From positions 1 through 37,659 of IMG/VR virus record IMGVR_UViG_3300005805_000214: DNA of 37,659 bases. One strand, written 5' to 3'. Under the pieces are notes generated by a model that made no database searches, had not been told where the DNA came from, and saw only the letters and a list, made by a program, of their open reading frames with translations. This document shows, piece by piece, positions 19,606-28,467 of the stretch; the stretch's first letter is position 1; each line of letters starts with the position of its first letter. The position numbers and the translations under genes were made by a program. Source of the DNA: a virus (lineage: Duplodnaviria; Caudoviricetes).

Positions 19606-20151
19606 TTAGGATTGGGCGGCTTTTGCTGCCCTTTTCTTAGCCCATGCCAGTTTCATCTTTTGTTTAGATTCTGGCGAATGTTTTTTGCCTAAGAAAGGAT
19701 TTATGGCATTAACATTTTTTCCTTTTTTACCTTTGGAAATATTTTTTCTGTGTTCTTCTGTTTTAGGCTTTTTCCCTGATCTTGACATTTTTTGTTTAGT
19801 CTCTTCGGTATATTTTACAACCCCAACAATGCCTTTGTTATACGGAGTTTTTCCTTTGTTATTTTTACCTATACCAGAATCGCCACCGATGACAATATTA
19901 TACGTGTCTAATCTATTAACATAATCTTCGTTTACTAACTCAATTTCTTTTTGGTTCATTTCATCAAATGTTGAAAAAACGTAGAGTATTTCTTTTTTAA
20001 ATGATTCTTTACCGTAAATTTTTATGGCATTTTTTAAACGTAAGCCGGATCCAAGATATCCGTCGTCTAGATTTGAAGTTGTATGTTGCCCGATATATTC
20101 GAACCCATTGACAAGATTAATGGTTTTATATACAATGTAGTAAATACACAT
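19606..20151 (-). CDS. Free-standing GIY-YIG (Seg-like) homing endonuclease with NUMOD3-like repeats
   Basis: IVYKTINLVNG.EYIGQH...DGYLGSG, YN...GG, and repeats YTEETKQKMS, KTEEHRKNIS and GKKHSPESKQKM. Confidence 0.88.
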   Translation of the reverse strand: MCIYYIVYKTINLVNGFEYIGQHTTSNLDDGYLGSGLRLKNAIKIYGKESFKKEILYVFSTFDEMNQKEIELVNEDYVNRLDTYNIVIGGDSGIGKNNKGKTPYNKGIVGVVKYTEETKQKMSRSGKKPKTEEHRKNISKGKKGKNVNAINPFLGKKHSPESKQKMKLAWAKKRAAKAAQS

Positions 20152-20235
20152 GCTGACATTCCTTTACAATGTTAGAGTAGTTGGGAGTTCCCGCTCCGCG
20201 AACTACACCAATATTTATCAAATTTTAAATTAAAC

Positions 20236-20547
20236 ATGAGCAAAACAGATATCATTGTTAAACCCAAGATTCAAACTAAAACGAACGTTCAGCCTCCTAG
20301 TTTGTTTAATGTTATCTATATAAATGATAATGTAACAACCATGGAGTTTGTGATTGAGAGTTTGAAAAGTATTTTTCATCACTCAGAAGAAACTGCTTAT
20401 GAATTAACAATGAAGATTCATGAAGATGGATCTAGCGTAGTAAGCACATTACCTTATGAAATTGCCGAACAAAAAGGTGTAGAAGCAACTCTACTAGCAC
20501 GTAACAATGGCTTTCCTCTCAACGTTAAACTAGAACCAGCCTCTTAA
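20236..20547 (+). CDS. clpS: ATP-dependent Clp protease adaptor ClpS
   Basis: PP.LFNVIYINDNVTTMEFVIE.L...F, M.IHEDG..VV...YEIAEQK and GFPL. Confidence 0.92.
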   Translation: MSKTDIIVKPKIQTKTNVQPPSLFNVIYINDNVTTMEFVIESLKSIFHHSEETAYELTMKIHEDGSSVVSTLPYEIAEQKGVEATLLARNNGFPLNVKLEPAS

Positions 20548-21060
20548 ATGATATTCAATAAAATTCGTGAACTTAAGGACAAAGGACTTAAGATTGGGAT
20601 TACTTTTTCGACTTTTGATATGCTTCACGCCGGACATGTGGCTATGCTCGCTGAGGCTAAGAATCATTGCGACTATCTTATTGCGGGATTGCAAACAGAT
20701 CCGACCATCGATAGACCTGATACAAAGAACCGACCAGTACAAAGTATTGTGGAAAGACAAATTCAACTTGCAGCATGCCGTTATGTTGATGAAGTCGTTG
20801 TGTATCAGACCGAACAAGATCTAATCGACCTATTGCTAATACTTCCTTTAGATGTTAGAATATTAGGTGTTGAATATGTTGATAAAGATTTTACCGGCCG
20901 CGACGAATGCTATGCTCGTAACATTGAGTTAATATTTAATGGGCGAGATCATAGTTTTAGTTCAAGCAGTCTGCGTAAACGTGTAGTCGCAGCTGAATCA
21001 ATACGTGTATTAGCGAATCAGCCAAACAAAGATGAAGAATTCTTACTTCCCGTGCAATAA
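20548..21060 (+). CDS. Cytidylyltransferase (TagD/HIGH-type nucleotidyltransferase)
   Basis: ITFSTFDMLHAGH, GLQTDP..DRP..KN.P, YVDEV and R.H.FSSS.LR. Confidence 0.88.
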   Translation: MIFNKIRELKDKGLKIGITFSTFDMLHAGHVAMLAEAKNHCDYLIAGLQTDPTIDRPDTKNRPVQSIVERQIQLAACRYVDEVVVYQTEQDLIDLLLILPLDVRILGVEYVDKDFTGRDECYARNIELIFNGRDHSFSSSSLRKRVVAAESIRVLANQPNKDEEFLLPVQ

Positions 21061-21070
21061 TGGAGACAAC

Positions 21071-21616
21071 ATGACTGATGTAATGTTAGATCTTGAAACA
21101 CTAAGTACAAGACCTTGGTCAGTTATTCTAACTCTGGGTGCTGTAAAATTTAGTCCATGGGATTCAGACGTTGATCAAGCTCAAGGTCTTTATCTAAAGC
21201 CTGATGTAGACGAACAGTTATCTATAGATCGTCATGTTCAAGACGAAACAGTTAACTGGTGGGCTACTCAGACCGAGGAAGTAAGAGAAGAAGCACTAGG
21301 TACAGATGGTCGTATTAGCATAAACGAAATGCTAGACCAACTCAATCGTTTTCTAGTAGGTGCTGACAATATCTGGTGTCAAGGCCCAGCATTTGATATT
21401 GTGATTTTAGAAGATTTATACAGACAAGTAGGTCGCCCTACACCATGGCAGTTTTGGCAAATTAGAGACAGTCGTACTCTGTTCAGTGTTCACGGCGATC
21501 CTAGGAAGAAAGATAGGCATGGCGCTCACAATGCACTAATCGATTGTTATTATCAAGCTCGTGCTGTTCAAGATATATATAAAACAGTTGGAATAAAGAG
21601 GCGAGAATGGACATAA
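21071..21616 (+). CDS. DEDDh 3'-5' exonuclease (DexA/RNase AS-like)
   Basis: DVMLDLETL, WCQGPAFDIVIL, PWQFWQIRDSRTL and HNALIDC. SD GGAG before ATG 21071. Confidence 0.85.
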   Translation: MTDVMLDLETLSTRPWSVILTLGAVKFSPWDSDVDQAQGLYLKPDVDEQLSIDRHVQDETVNWWATQTEEVREEALGTDGRISINEMLDQLNRFLVGADNIWCQGPAFDIVILEDLYRQVGRPTPWQFWQIRDSRTLFSVHGDPRKKDRHGAHNALIDCYYQARAVQDIYKTVGIKRREWT

Positions 21617-21906
21617 TTTTTAATAGACAAGTGGCCAAAGAGTTATCTGAAAAATATCTTGTATTAGAGTTAGAGCCGCATTTGGTAGGAGATAACATGT
21701 TAGAAACTTTTTGTGTTCTTACACCAGAAAAAGTTACTAACGAAGTAACTATGTTGGATCATTGGAAAAAACTCCATGGAGAATTCGTACAGGCTAACAA
21801 AGATAAAAACGGTAAACTTTGTAAGGATTTAGCTGAATACTTAAAAGGCAAGTGGAGCGGTGAACTAGATGAATATTATGATATAGTATGTTCTAGATTT
21901 AAATAA
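21607..21906 (+). CDS. Conserved hypothetical phage protein
   Basis: KYLVLELE and L.GKW.GELDEYY motifs. Overlaps the upstream gene. Confidence 0.65.
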   Translation: MDIIFNRQVAKELSEKYLVLELEPHLVGDNMLETFCVLTPEKVTNEVTMLDHWKKLHGEFVQANKDKNGKLCKDLAEYLKGKWSGELDEYYDIVCSRFK

Positions 21907-21945
21907 TACAAGATAATTATAAGGCAGCTAGATCATATATACTGT

Positions 21946-22287
21946 ATGAACCGATTATTAGCTGCCATCTTACTGGCCACCGTAGCCGCGGCAGCTACAG
22001 CCGAACCTAGATCAAGACAGATCCGATTTATGTGCGGTAGCTTTGAAGATGTTGAAGCTACCATGGAAAAATATGGCGAGAAATTAGTAGTGGCAACTCA
22101 GGCGCCCAATGAAGAAACTGTGAATTTGTTATATGCTAATTTTGAAACACAAACAACCAGCTGGTTTATACACAACTTGAGAACCGATGAATACTGTATG
22201 ATGGGCGTGGGTAAAGCTATATACATACCAGATGAAAGCCCTTTACAAAGAGGCACAGGAATTGGAACTAAAATTAATTACAAATAA
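21946..22287 (+). CDS. Secreted/periplasmic hypothetical protein
   Basis: Sec-type signal peptide (MNRLLAAILLATVAAAATA), two Cys, followed by a terminator. Confidence 0.7.
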   Translation: MNRLLAAILLATVAAAATAEPRSRQIRFMCGSFEDVEATMEKYGEKLVVATQAPNEETVNLLYANFETQTTSWFIHNLRTDEYCMMGVGKAIYIPDESPLQRGTGIGTKINYK

Positions 22288-22310
22288 GCCTGGTTTTCCA
22301 GGCTTTTTTT
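22287..22310 (+). terminator. Rho-independent terminator
   Basis: AGCCTGG-TTTT-CCAGGCT followed by a T run. Confidence 0.85.
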
Positions 22311-22329
22311 ATGGCGAAAGGAACCGACT

Positions 22330-22407
22330 ATGAGCTGGTTCGCACATAAACCCCCTAGAAATCCACCACCTCCACCACAACCCACTCGTCCTCCGCATAG
22401 AATGTAA
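22330..22407 (+). CDS. 25-aa proline-rich peptide (MSWFAHKPPRNPPPPPQPTRPPHRM)
   Basis: SD AAGGA 7 nt upstream, tandem TAA TAA stops, C-rich island in AT-rich intergenic DNA, and mixed Pro codons (CCC/CCT/CCA/CCG). Confidence 0.55.
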   Translation: MSWFAHKPPRNPPPPPQPTRPPHRM

Positions 22408-22470
22408 TAAATACTAAGCGTTCAATTATAACTGATTCTCGAATAAAAATAATAAGGAATCTCTAGGAGC

Positions 22471-23250
22471 GTGGATCCATTAACGCTGTTTGCGTTAGCA
22501 AACGGAGCAGTAAAACTTGTAAAAGAGGGTTGTAAGCTTTACAAGGACATCAAAGGAGCTGCTGGGGATGTTAAAGATGTCCTCAAGGATCTTGACGACC
22601 AATTTCATCAGAAGTTTAAAGACCACCCACCTACTGTTGCAGAAAAAAATCAATATATAGCCGAAAAAAATCGAATAATAGATTTGAACAAACAGGCCGG
22701 TGATACCTCCAACATTTATACCCAAATTGGAGAACAACTAGGTGTTTACTTTGACAATCTTTATAAATGTTATGCTGTATTTGAAGAAGAAGAACGTCGC
22801 AGTAGAACCGAAGTTTATCATGGAACTGATAGCATAGGTCGACGTGCTTTGCAACGTGTTCTATTGAAAAAGCAATTAACTGCCATGGGCGAAGAACTTC
22901 GTGAAATTATGGTATATCAAAGTCCACCTGAACTAGGTGCATTGTGGACCGAAGTAGAAGCAATGATGAAGGTAGTAGGCAAAGAGCAAGCAGGAGCCAT
23001 TGCTGCAGAAATGCAGAGAAATGCCGTGGCAGAACGTGCTAGACGTAGACGTAATAAAATTATAAAATACAGGACATTGTGTTATAGTATGTCATTGGTG
23101 GGTGTACTTTATATAGTTTGGTTAGTTTGGGCAACAGTTCAAATTCGTATAGATACTCATCCAGAATTAGGTCGTTGTTTATTGCCAAAGGGAACTTGGC
23201 CTTATGAGCATTATCAAAATTTAAAATGGATTGATTGCGAAATTAAATAA
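22471..23250 (+). CDS. Helical protein with C-terminal TM segment
   Basis: GTG start after AGGAG. MDPLTL-type N-terminus, basic patch then TM. TAAATA upstream at 22408. Confidence 0.7.
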   Translation: MDPLTLFALANGAVKLVKEGCKLYKDIKGAAGDVKDVLKDLDDQFHQKFKDHPPTVAEKNQYIAEKNRIIDLNKQAGDTSNIYTQIGEQLGVYFDNLYKCYAVFEEEERRSRTEVYHGTDSIGRRALQRVLLKKQLTAMGEELREIMVYQSPPELGALWTEVEAMMKVVGKEQAGAIAAEMQRNAVAERARRRRNKIIKYRTLCYSMSLVGVLYIVWLVWATVQIRIDTHPELGRCLLPKGTWPYEHYQNLKWIDCEIK

Positions 23251-23254
23251 CATT

Positions 23255-23917
23255 ATGAACATTGATACTCGAATAATAGACAATTTTTTGTCTGATGAAG
23301 AACTCAACATATTAGAGAAACATTTTTTAGCTACCGACGACATTTATAGGAATTATAATCCTCATGGACAAAATGGAGAAGAAATTTTTTCTGGAACTTA
23401 TTATATCATAAGGTATTACGAAGAAAAAAATAAACTTGTAAGGGATATCTTACAACCTAAGTTGGAGAAAGAGTTCGGGAGTAAATTAAAAATACAACAG
23501 ATACATGTATTTGACTGTTTTGATCCTTATAATGTTCACAGTGATGTAGATAGTGGTGGACCAGTGTTACCCGATGCACCTTACCCTGCTTGGACATTTA
23601 TTATTCCTTTATTTGATGTCAATAGTCATACTATAACATTCAATGAAGGTAGTAAAATAAAACAGCCTTCGGAGTATATTAAAGAAACAAAACCATTCGA
23701 AAAATCAACGGTTGATAATCAAACCTATAGCAAATATTTTAGTCATATACCGCGAGATTATTTTCGATGGTTGTCTGTAGATAAGATCTTTTCATGGAAA
23801 CGAGGATCATTGTTTGCTGCTGATAGATATAAATTTCATACAAGTGATAATTTTTTATCTAACGGCGTTACAAATAAACGTGCTATAATAGCATGGACTA
23901 GTTTACCTAACAATTAA
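23255..23917 (+). CDS. Putative 2OG-Fe(II) oxygenase
   Basis: IIDNFLS.EE, HSD, TFIIPL, W.RGSL, FH and KR.I pattern. Confidence 0.6.
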   Translation: MNIDTRIIDNFLSDEELNILEKHFLATDDIYRNYNPHGQNGEEIFSGTYYIIRYYEEKNKLVRDILQPKLEKEFGSKLKIQQIHVFDCFDPYNVHSDVDSGGPVLPDAPYPAWTFIIPLFDVNSHTITFNEGSKIKQPSEYIKETKPFEKSTVDNQTYSKYFSHIPRDYFRWLSVDKIFSWKRGSLFAADRYKFHTSDNFLSNGVTNKRAIIAWTSLPNN

Positions 23918-23930
23918 CCAAAGGAATAAA

Positions 23931-24791
23931 ATGGATATTCGAATACACGAGAACGGTTGGACCGTTCAAGTTGAGAACTTTGACATCAAAAATTTAACTG
24001 TCAGTGAAGCCAAGTTAATTACAAAATATTTACTGACCAATACTGTAGTGGTTTTTAAAAATCAATCATTAACTCCTGGCGACGAAATTAGAATTGCTAA
24101 ATTGTTTGGCAAAATTGAAAATTATCATGATACTAACATCAATGATAATTTTATTTTAAACAACTCGGACGGATTTATTTCTAGAGTAACCGGAGAGCTC
24201 AACGAAAAAGGACTACCTGGTGTGTTTGGACACGAACACGAGTTAGAATGGCATTGTAATAGGGTCAGTGATCCTAATAGAAATCCGTTTGTATGGTTAT
24301 ACAGCGAACGTGGTAGTAGAGGATCAAGGACAAGTTATCTAAATAATATTTTAACTTACAACGATTTATCCGAAGAAAAGAAACAAGAGTTTGCAAAAAT
24401 AAAATTAAATGTAGGAGAAGTGGTCCAGTTTACAAATTATCTATGGAAGGAAGGAACGGTTCCTCCAGACATTTCAAATTACAGACCAAATCTAGTTCAC
24501 ACCAATGAGCTTGGTGTTACTGGACTATTCTTTAGCTGGAATCAAATACACTTCATTGAAGGAATGCCTAATGAGGAAGGAAGAAAATTCATCGAAGAAC
24601 TAAGACAATTTGCAGAACAAGAAAAGTACATGTACCACCATGATTGGGAAGACGGTGATATTGTTATTGCAGACCAAAATCTTTCTATACATAAACGCTG
24701 GGAATTTAAACATATGGACAAGCGTGTCTTGCATAGAATCACTTTTGACCACAGTAACATAAATATTTCCGAGTTAAATGAAATCAATTAA
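23931..24791 (+). CDS. TauD/TfdA-family dioxygenase
   Basis: VVVFKNQSLT, WHCN, G..T..LN...Y..L and Y.HDWEDGDIVIADQ..SIHKR...RVLHR. Confidence 0.8.
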   Translation: MDIRIHENGWTVQVENFDIKNLTVSEAKLITKYLLTNTVVVFKNQSLTPGDEIRIAKLFGKIENYHDTNINDNFILNNSDGFISRVTGELNEKGLPGVFGHEHELEWHCNRVSDPNRNPFVWLYSERGSRGSRTSYLNNILTYNDLSEEKKQEFAKIKLNVGEVVQFTNYLWKEGTVPPDISNYRPNLVHTNELGVTGLFFSWNQIHFIEGMPNEEGRKFIEELRQFAEQEKYMYHHDWEDGDIVIADQNLSIHKRWEFKHMDKRVLHRITFDHSNINISELNEIN

Positions 24792-25536
24792 GATATTATT
24801 TTTATGTTTAATTTGTAACTATGTAGCAGCCGCAGATATAAAAGCAAAGTCATGGTTAATTGCCGACGGCGATGGTAAAATTTTAGAACAAGAAAACATT
24901 GATATTGTTCAACCCATTGCTTCTATTACAAAATTAATGACAGTAATGGTTGTTTTAGACAGCAAAATAAATTTAGATCATACTGTAAGTATGAAAAAAT
25001 TTAGAGGTATGTCAGTAACTAGAAAACAATTAATCGATTTGGCTATTATCCATAGTGATAATCAAGCTGCTGATATGTTATGCAAAACTTATTATACTGG
25101 TTACAAATCATGTATTGAAGATATGAATCGCAAAGCTCATGAATTAGGAATGTATAGAACAGAGTTTTACGATAGCACTGGACTTGATAACCGTAACATT
25201 AGTAGTCCTCGCGATTTAATTAAATTGCTGCAAGCTGCAGAAAAGTATTCGCCAATTGTAAATGCTAGTAATCAAACTGTGGTTGAGTTAGTCAAAAAAC
25301 ATAAACGAAATAAACTTATTAAATGGAAGTACACAAACACTAATCCGTTGGTAGCAAAATACAATGTAATTGTAAGTAAAACGGGTTACATACGTGCCAG
25401 CGGCGGATGTTTAGTTATGAGTGCTTATGTCAACGGAAAGAAAAAATTATTTATAGTTTTAAATAGCAAAACAACTCGAACAAGAATACATGATATGGAA
25501 ACACTAATATTGTCAAGACTACAAATTAACGATTAA
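24778..25536 (+). CDS. Peptidase S11 (D-Ala-D-Ala carboxy/endopeptidase, PBP7-like)
   Basis: Signal peptide, ASITKLMT (SxxK), SDN (SxN), DSTGL and SKTGY (KTG). Confidence 0.9.
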   Translation: MKSIKILFLCLICNYVAAADIKAKSWLIADGDGKILEQENIDIVQPIASITKLMTVMVVLDSKINLDHTVSMKKFRGMSVTRKQLIDLAIIHSDNQAADMLCKTYYTGYKSCIEDMNRKAHELGMYRTEFYDSTGLDNRNISSPRDLIKLLQAAEKYSPIVNASNQTVVELVKKHKRNKLIKWKYTNTNPLVAKYNVIVSKTGYIRASGGCLVMSAYVNGKKKLFIVLNSKTTRTRIHDMETLILSRLQIND

Positions 25537-26750
25537 GTTTTTAAAAGTAGTTTAACAGATTCAAAATCAAAATTTTTAAAATCAATAAAATTATCAAAAC
25601 TTGAATCCATTCCGGAATTATGTTGAATTAAAACTCTTTTAAAATTGTCAACTAATTCATCAATTATAATATTCTTAAATTCATTATAAAAATGATTATG
25701 ATTATAAACAACAACAAGTTGGATCTCATTCCATATTTCGTTCAATTGTGCCGGTGTTAACTTACATAATCTTTCAATTTGGTCTACAATCATTGAAATA
25801 CGTTTATCGTTATCTTTTTCGTCATCATAACTTTCGTCGATCCATTTATCAAAAGTTTTAAATCCATATGATTTTAGATATTTTAAATTACCGGGGGCCG
25901 ATACTAAAATAAATGGTCTTCTGGCAGCTATTGGTTTAAAAATTTTTTCTGTCAAATGAATTCTATCTTCATAAAAATTAGTTTCGGTAACAATATGGAA
26001 TAATCCTTGTGCAAGAACTTTAATATTACTAAATGCACTTAATTTTCCATCAAATTCTGTTGTGTCGATGGTTAGGTCAAGATTTCTATTGTATAAATTT
26101 TTATAAATTATTTTTTTACTTTCAGCTGATAATAAACTATGAGGGGAAAATAATTCTTGGCGAATCGACTCATTAAGATTGGTAGAATTCAATGATATTA
26201 AACCATGAGAATCTAGTCCTCTATCCAAAATTTGACCAATTAAACTTAATCTGTAATTTCTTTTATCGTTGATAAGGTTATTAAAACAGATAAATACGTT
26301 TGAAAATTCCTTTTCCATTGGAAGATATTGTAGATTTCTAAACCAGTCAAGTGCTGCAAATCCATGGAAAAAGTAGTACCAATCACGAAAATTAAAAGTT
26401 TCAATGATTTTGTTTTTTTCTAAACTATGCTCACTGTTAGCTAAAATTTTAAGAGGTAATTGGAAATATTTCAATTTACAATATGACTCGGCATACCGTA
26501 GCCATAATTCATAGTCAAAATCACAATAAAATGTAGTATCAGTTAATGGTTCTTGATCATAAAAAGTAACAAAATAAAAATTATGTAGCATGTCTTTAAC
26601 AATTGCGTACTCGTCTTTTTCGAAAAAATAATCGCTTATTAAATCACGAGCATCAGTCGAGCCAAAATTTTGAAAATAATAAGAAACTATACCAAATGGT
26701 TCTAACAAATTTTTAGTTATAATAGTGTAAAAACCTTCTAAGGAAAACAT
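25533..26750 (-). CDS. Putative glycosyltransferase (GT-B, GT10-like motif), paralogue 1
   Basis: FHIVTET...LTEKIFKPI..RRPFI...G.LKYLKSYGFKTFD..IDESYD. Confidence 0.6.
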   Translation of the reverse strand: MFSLEGFYTIITKNLLEPFGIVSYYFQNFGSTDARDLISDYFFEKDEYAIVKDMLHNFYFVTFYDQEPLTDTTFYCDFDYELWLRYAESYCKLKYFQLPLKILANSEHSLEKNKIIETFNFRDWYYFFHGFAALDWFRNLQYLPMEKEFSNVFICFNNLINDKRNYRLSLIGQILDRGLDSHGLISLNSTNLNESIRQELFSPHSLLSAESKKIIYKNLYNRNLDLTIDTTEFDGKLSAFSNIKVLAQGLFHIVTETNFYEDRIHLTEKIFKPIAARRPFILVSAPGNLKYLKSYGFKTFDKWIDESYDDEKDNDKRISMIVDQIERLCKLTPAQLNEIWNEIQLVVVYNHNHFYNEFKNIIIDELVDNFKRVLIQHNSGMDSSFDNFIDFKNFDFESVKLLLKT

Positions 26751-27977
26751 ATGGAAATTGGATTTATAGGTTTAGGTAAGTTAGGATTAGCTTGTGCTGA
26801 AACAATGGCAACACGTTATTCAGTTACTGGTTATGATATTTACCCTAAACAAAGCACCAGGATTAAAATATCAGACAACATAAGAGGTGCAGTAACTGGA
26901 AAAGATATTGTATTTGTAGCAGTACAAACTCCGCATGACCCAGCGTACGACGGTAGTCAACCTATTACACATTTACCTAATAAAGATTTTGAATACTCAA
27001 TTGTTAAGAATGTATTAAAAGAAATTGATACATGGGCTAACCCTGATCAATTAATTGTTTTAATTAGTACGGTGTTACCTGGTACTGTACGTAGAGAATT
27101 AAGAGACTGTATTACTATTCCACGTTTCATTTATAATCCGTATCTTATTGCAATGGGATCAGTAGAGTGGGACATGGTTAATCCCGAAATGGTTATTGTT
27201 GGCACAGAAGATGGTAGTGAAACCGGCGACGCAAAGTCATTGATTGATTTCTATCAACCTCTAATGCAAAACAATCCCAGGTACATAGTTGGTACATGGG
27301 ATGAAGCAGAAAGTATTAAAATTTTCTACAACACTTTTATTAGTACAAAGATCGCTCTGGTCAATATGATACAGGATGTTGCTATGAAGAATGGCAACAT
27401 AAATGTTGATATAGTTACTAATGCGTTAGCAAATAGTACCACACGTATTATGAGTCCAAAGTATATGACCGCCGGAATGGGAGATGCAGGCCCTTGTCAT
27501 CCTAGAGACAATATTGCACTACGATGGCTAGCTGAAAACTTAAATCTAGGTTACGACATATTTGATACTATAATGAGTGCTAGGGAATCACAAGCACTTA
27601 ACCTAGCACGTTATCTAAAACGTATTCAATTAGAAAAAAATCTACCTATCTATATATTAGGTAAAGCGTATAAGCCGGATGTAGATATACTCGATGGCAG
27701 TTACAGTTTATTAGTGGGGTATTATCTAGAGTCAATACAAGCAAAGTTTTACTATATAGATCCACTAACTGGTGATCAACCTCCGTTTACAGGATTACCT
27801 GTAATTGCTTTCCTGGCACACAATAGATCTATTACCTATGGATATACCGGCGAACAACAAGAACAAGAATTATATGTTGATCTAGAACCAGGAAGTGTTG
27901 TGGTAGATCCCTGGAGAAAATATAAAACTAACAAAAATTATGAGGTAATACATTATGGCAACACACGAATACTTTAA
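26751..27977 (+). CDS. UDP-glucose/GDP-mannose dehydrogenase family
   Basis: IGFIGLGKLG, FVAVQTP, STVLPGT, YNP, AE.IK.FYNTF, G.G..GPCHPRD (catalytic Cys) and LG.AYKPD. Confidence 0.9.
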   Translation: MEIGFIGLGKLGLACAETMATRYSVTGYDIYPKQSTRIKISDNIRGAVTGKDIVFVAVQTPHDPAYDGSQPITHLPNKDFEYSIVKNVLKEIDTWANPDQLIVLISTVLPGTVRRELRDCITIPRFIYNPYLIAMGSVEWDMVNPEMVIVGTEDGSETGDAKSLIDFYQPLMQNNPRYIVGTWDEAESIKIFYNTFISTKIALVNMIQDVAMKNGNINVDIVTNALANSTTRIMSPKYMTAGMGDAGPCHPRDNIALRWLAENLNLGYDIFDTIMSARESQALNLARYLKRIQLEKNLPIYILGKAYKPDVDILDGSYSLLVGYYLESIQAKFYYIDPLTGDQPPFTGLPVIAFLAHNRSITYGYTGEQQEQELYVDLEPGSVVVDPWRKYKTNKNYEVIHYGNTRIL

Positions 27978-28467
27978 TATGGATCCTTTTTGGGATGATG
28001 AGTATAAAACATTAAGCTACAAAAAAGAACAGTTTAATGATCCTGGTACAATGATAGAATGGGAAGATGTAGGATTCAGAGGACCATTTGGTGGTCACAT
28101 GTGCGACATGCGTAATCCTCAACCATCATGGAACAAACAAATTATTAATTTTTTTGAACATTTAGAATGGAAGGACATTGGCACCTCGTATTATCGTATG
28201 GATCCTGGAAGTATGTTACCTACTCACATTGATACTTTTCGAAGATACATTGAACTTTTCAATTTACAAGGCCATGAAGATCGTATACGTCGAGCTGTAA
28301 TATTTTTAGAGCCGTGGCAATCGGGGCATTATGCCGAATGTTGCGGAGTTCCATATGTTGAATGGATACGTGGTTTCACATTAATTTGGTCATGGGATGC
28401 ACCCCACATGGCAGCTAATTTAGGTAGCACACCAAGATACACTTTACAAGTCACAGGCCACGTATGA
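27955..28467 (+). CDS. Putative 2OG-Fe(II)/cupin-fold oxygenase
   Basis: M.PG..LP.HID, R.VIFLE.WQSGH and PHMAAN.G..PRYTLQVTG. Confidence 0.65.
   Translation: MATHEYFNMDPFWDDEYKTLSYKKEQFNDPGTMIEWEDVGFRGPFGGHMCDMRNPQPSWNKQIINFFEHLEWKDIGTSYYRMDPGSMLPTHIDTFRRYIELFNLQGHEDRIRRAVIFLEPWQSGHYAECCGVPYVEWIRGFTLIWSWDAPHMAANLGSTPRYTLQVTGHV

Noticed and set aside
22311-22349. 12-aa ORF MAKGTDYELVRT overlapping the Pro-rich peptide start
   Set aside because: It has no SD, starts immediately at the terminator U-tract and contains the SD of the 22330 ORF.
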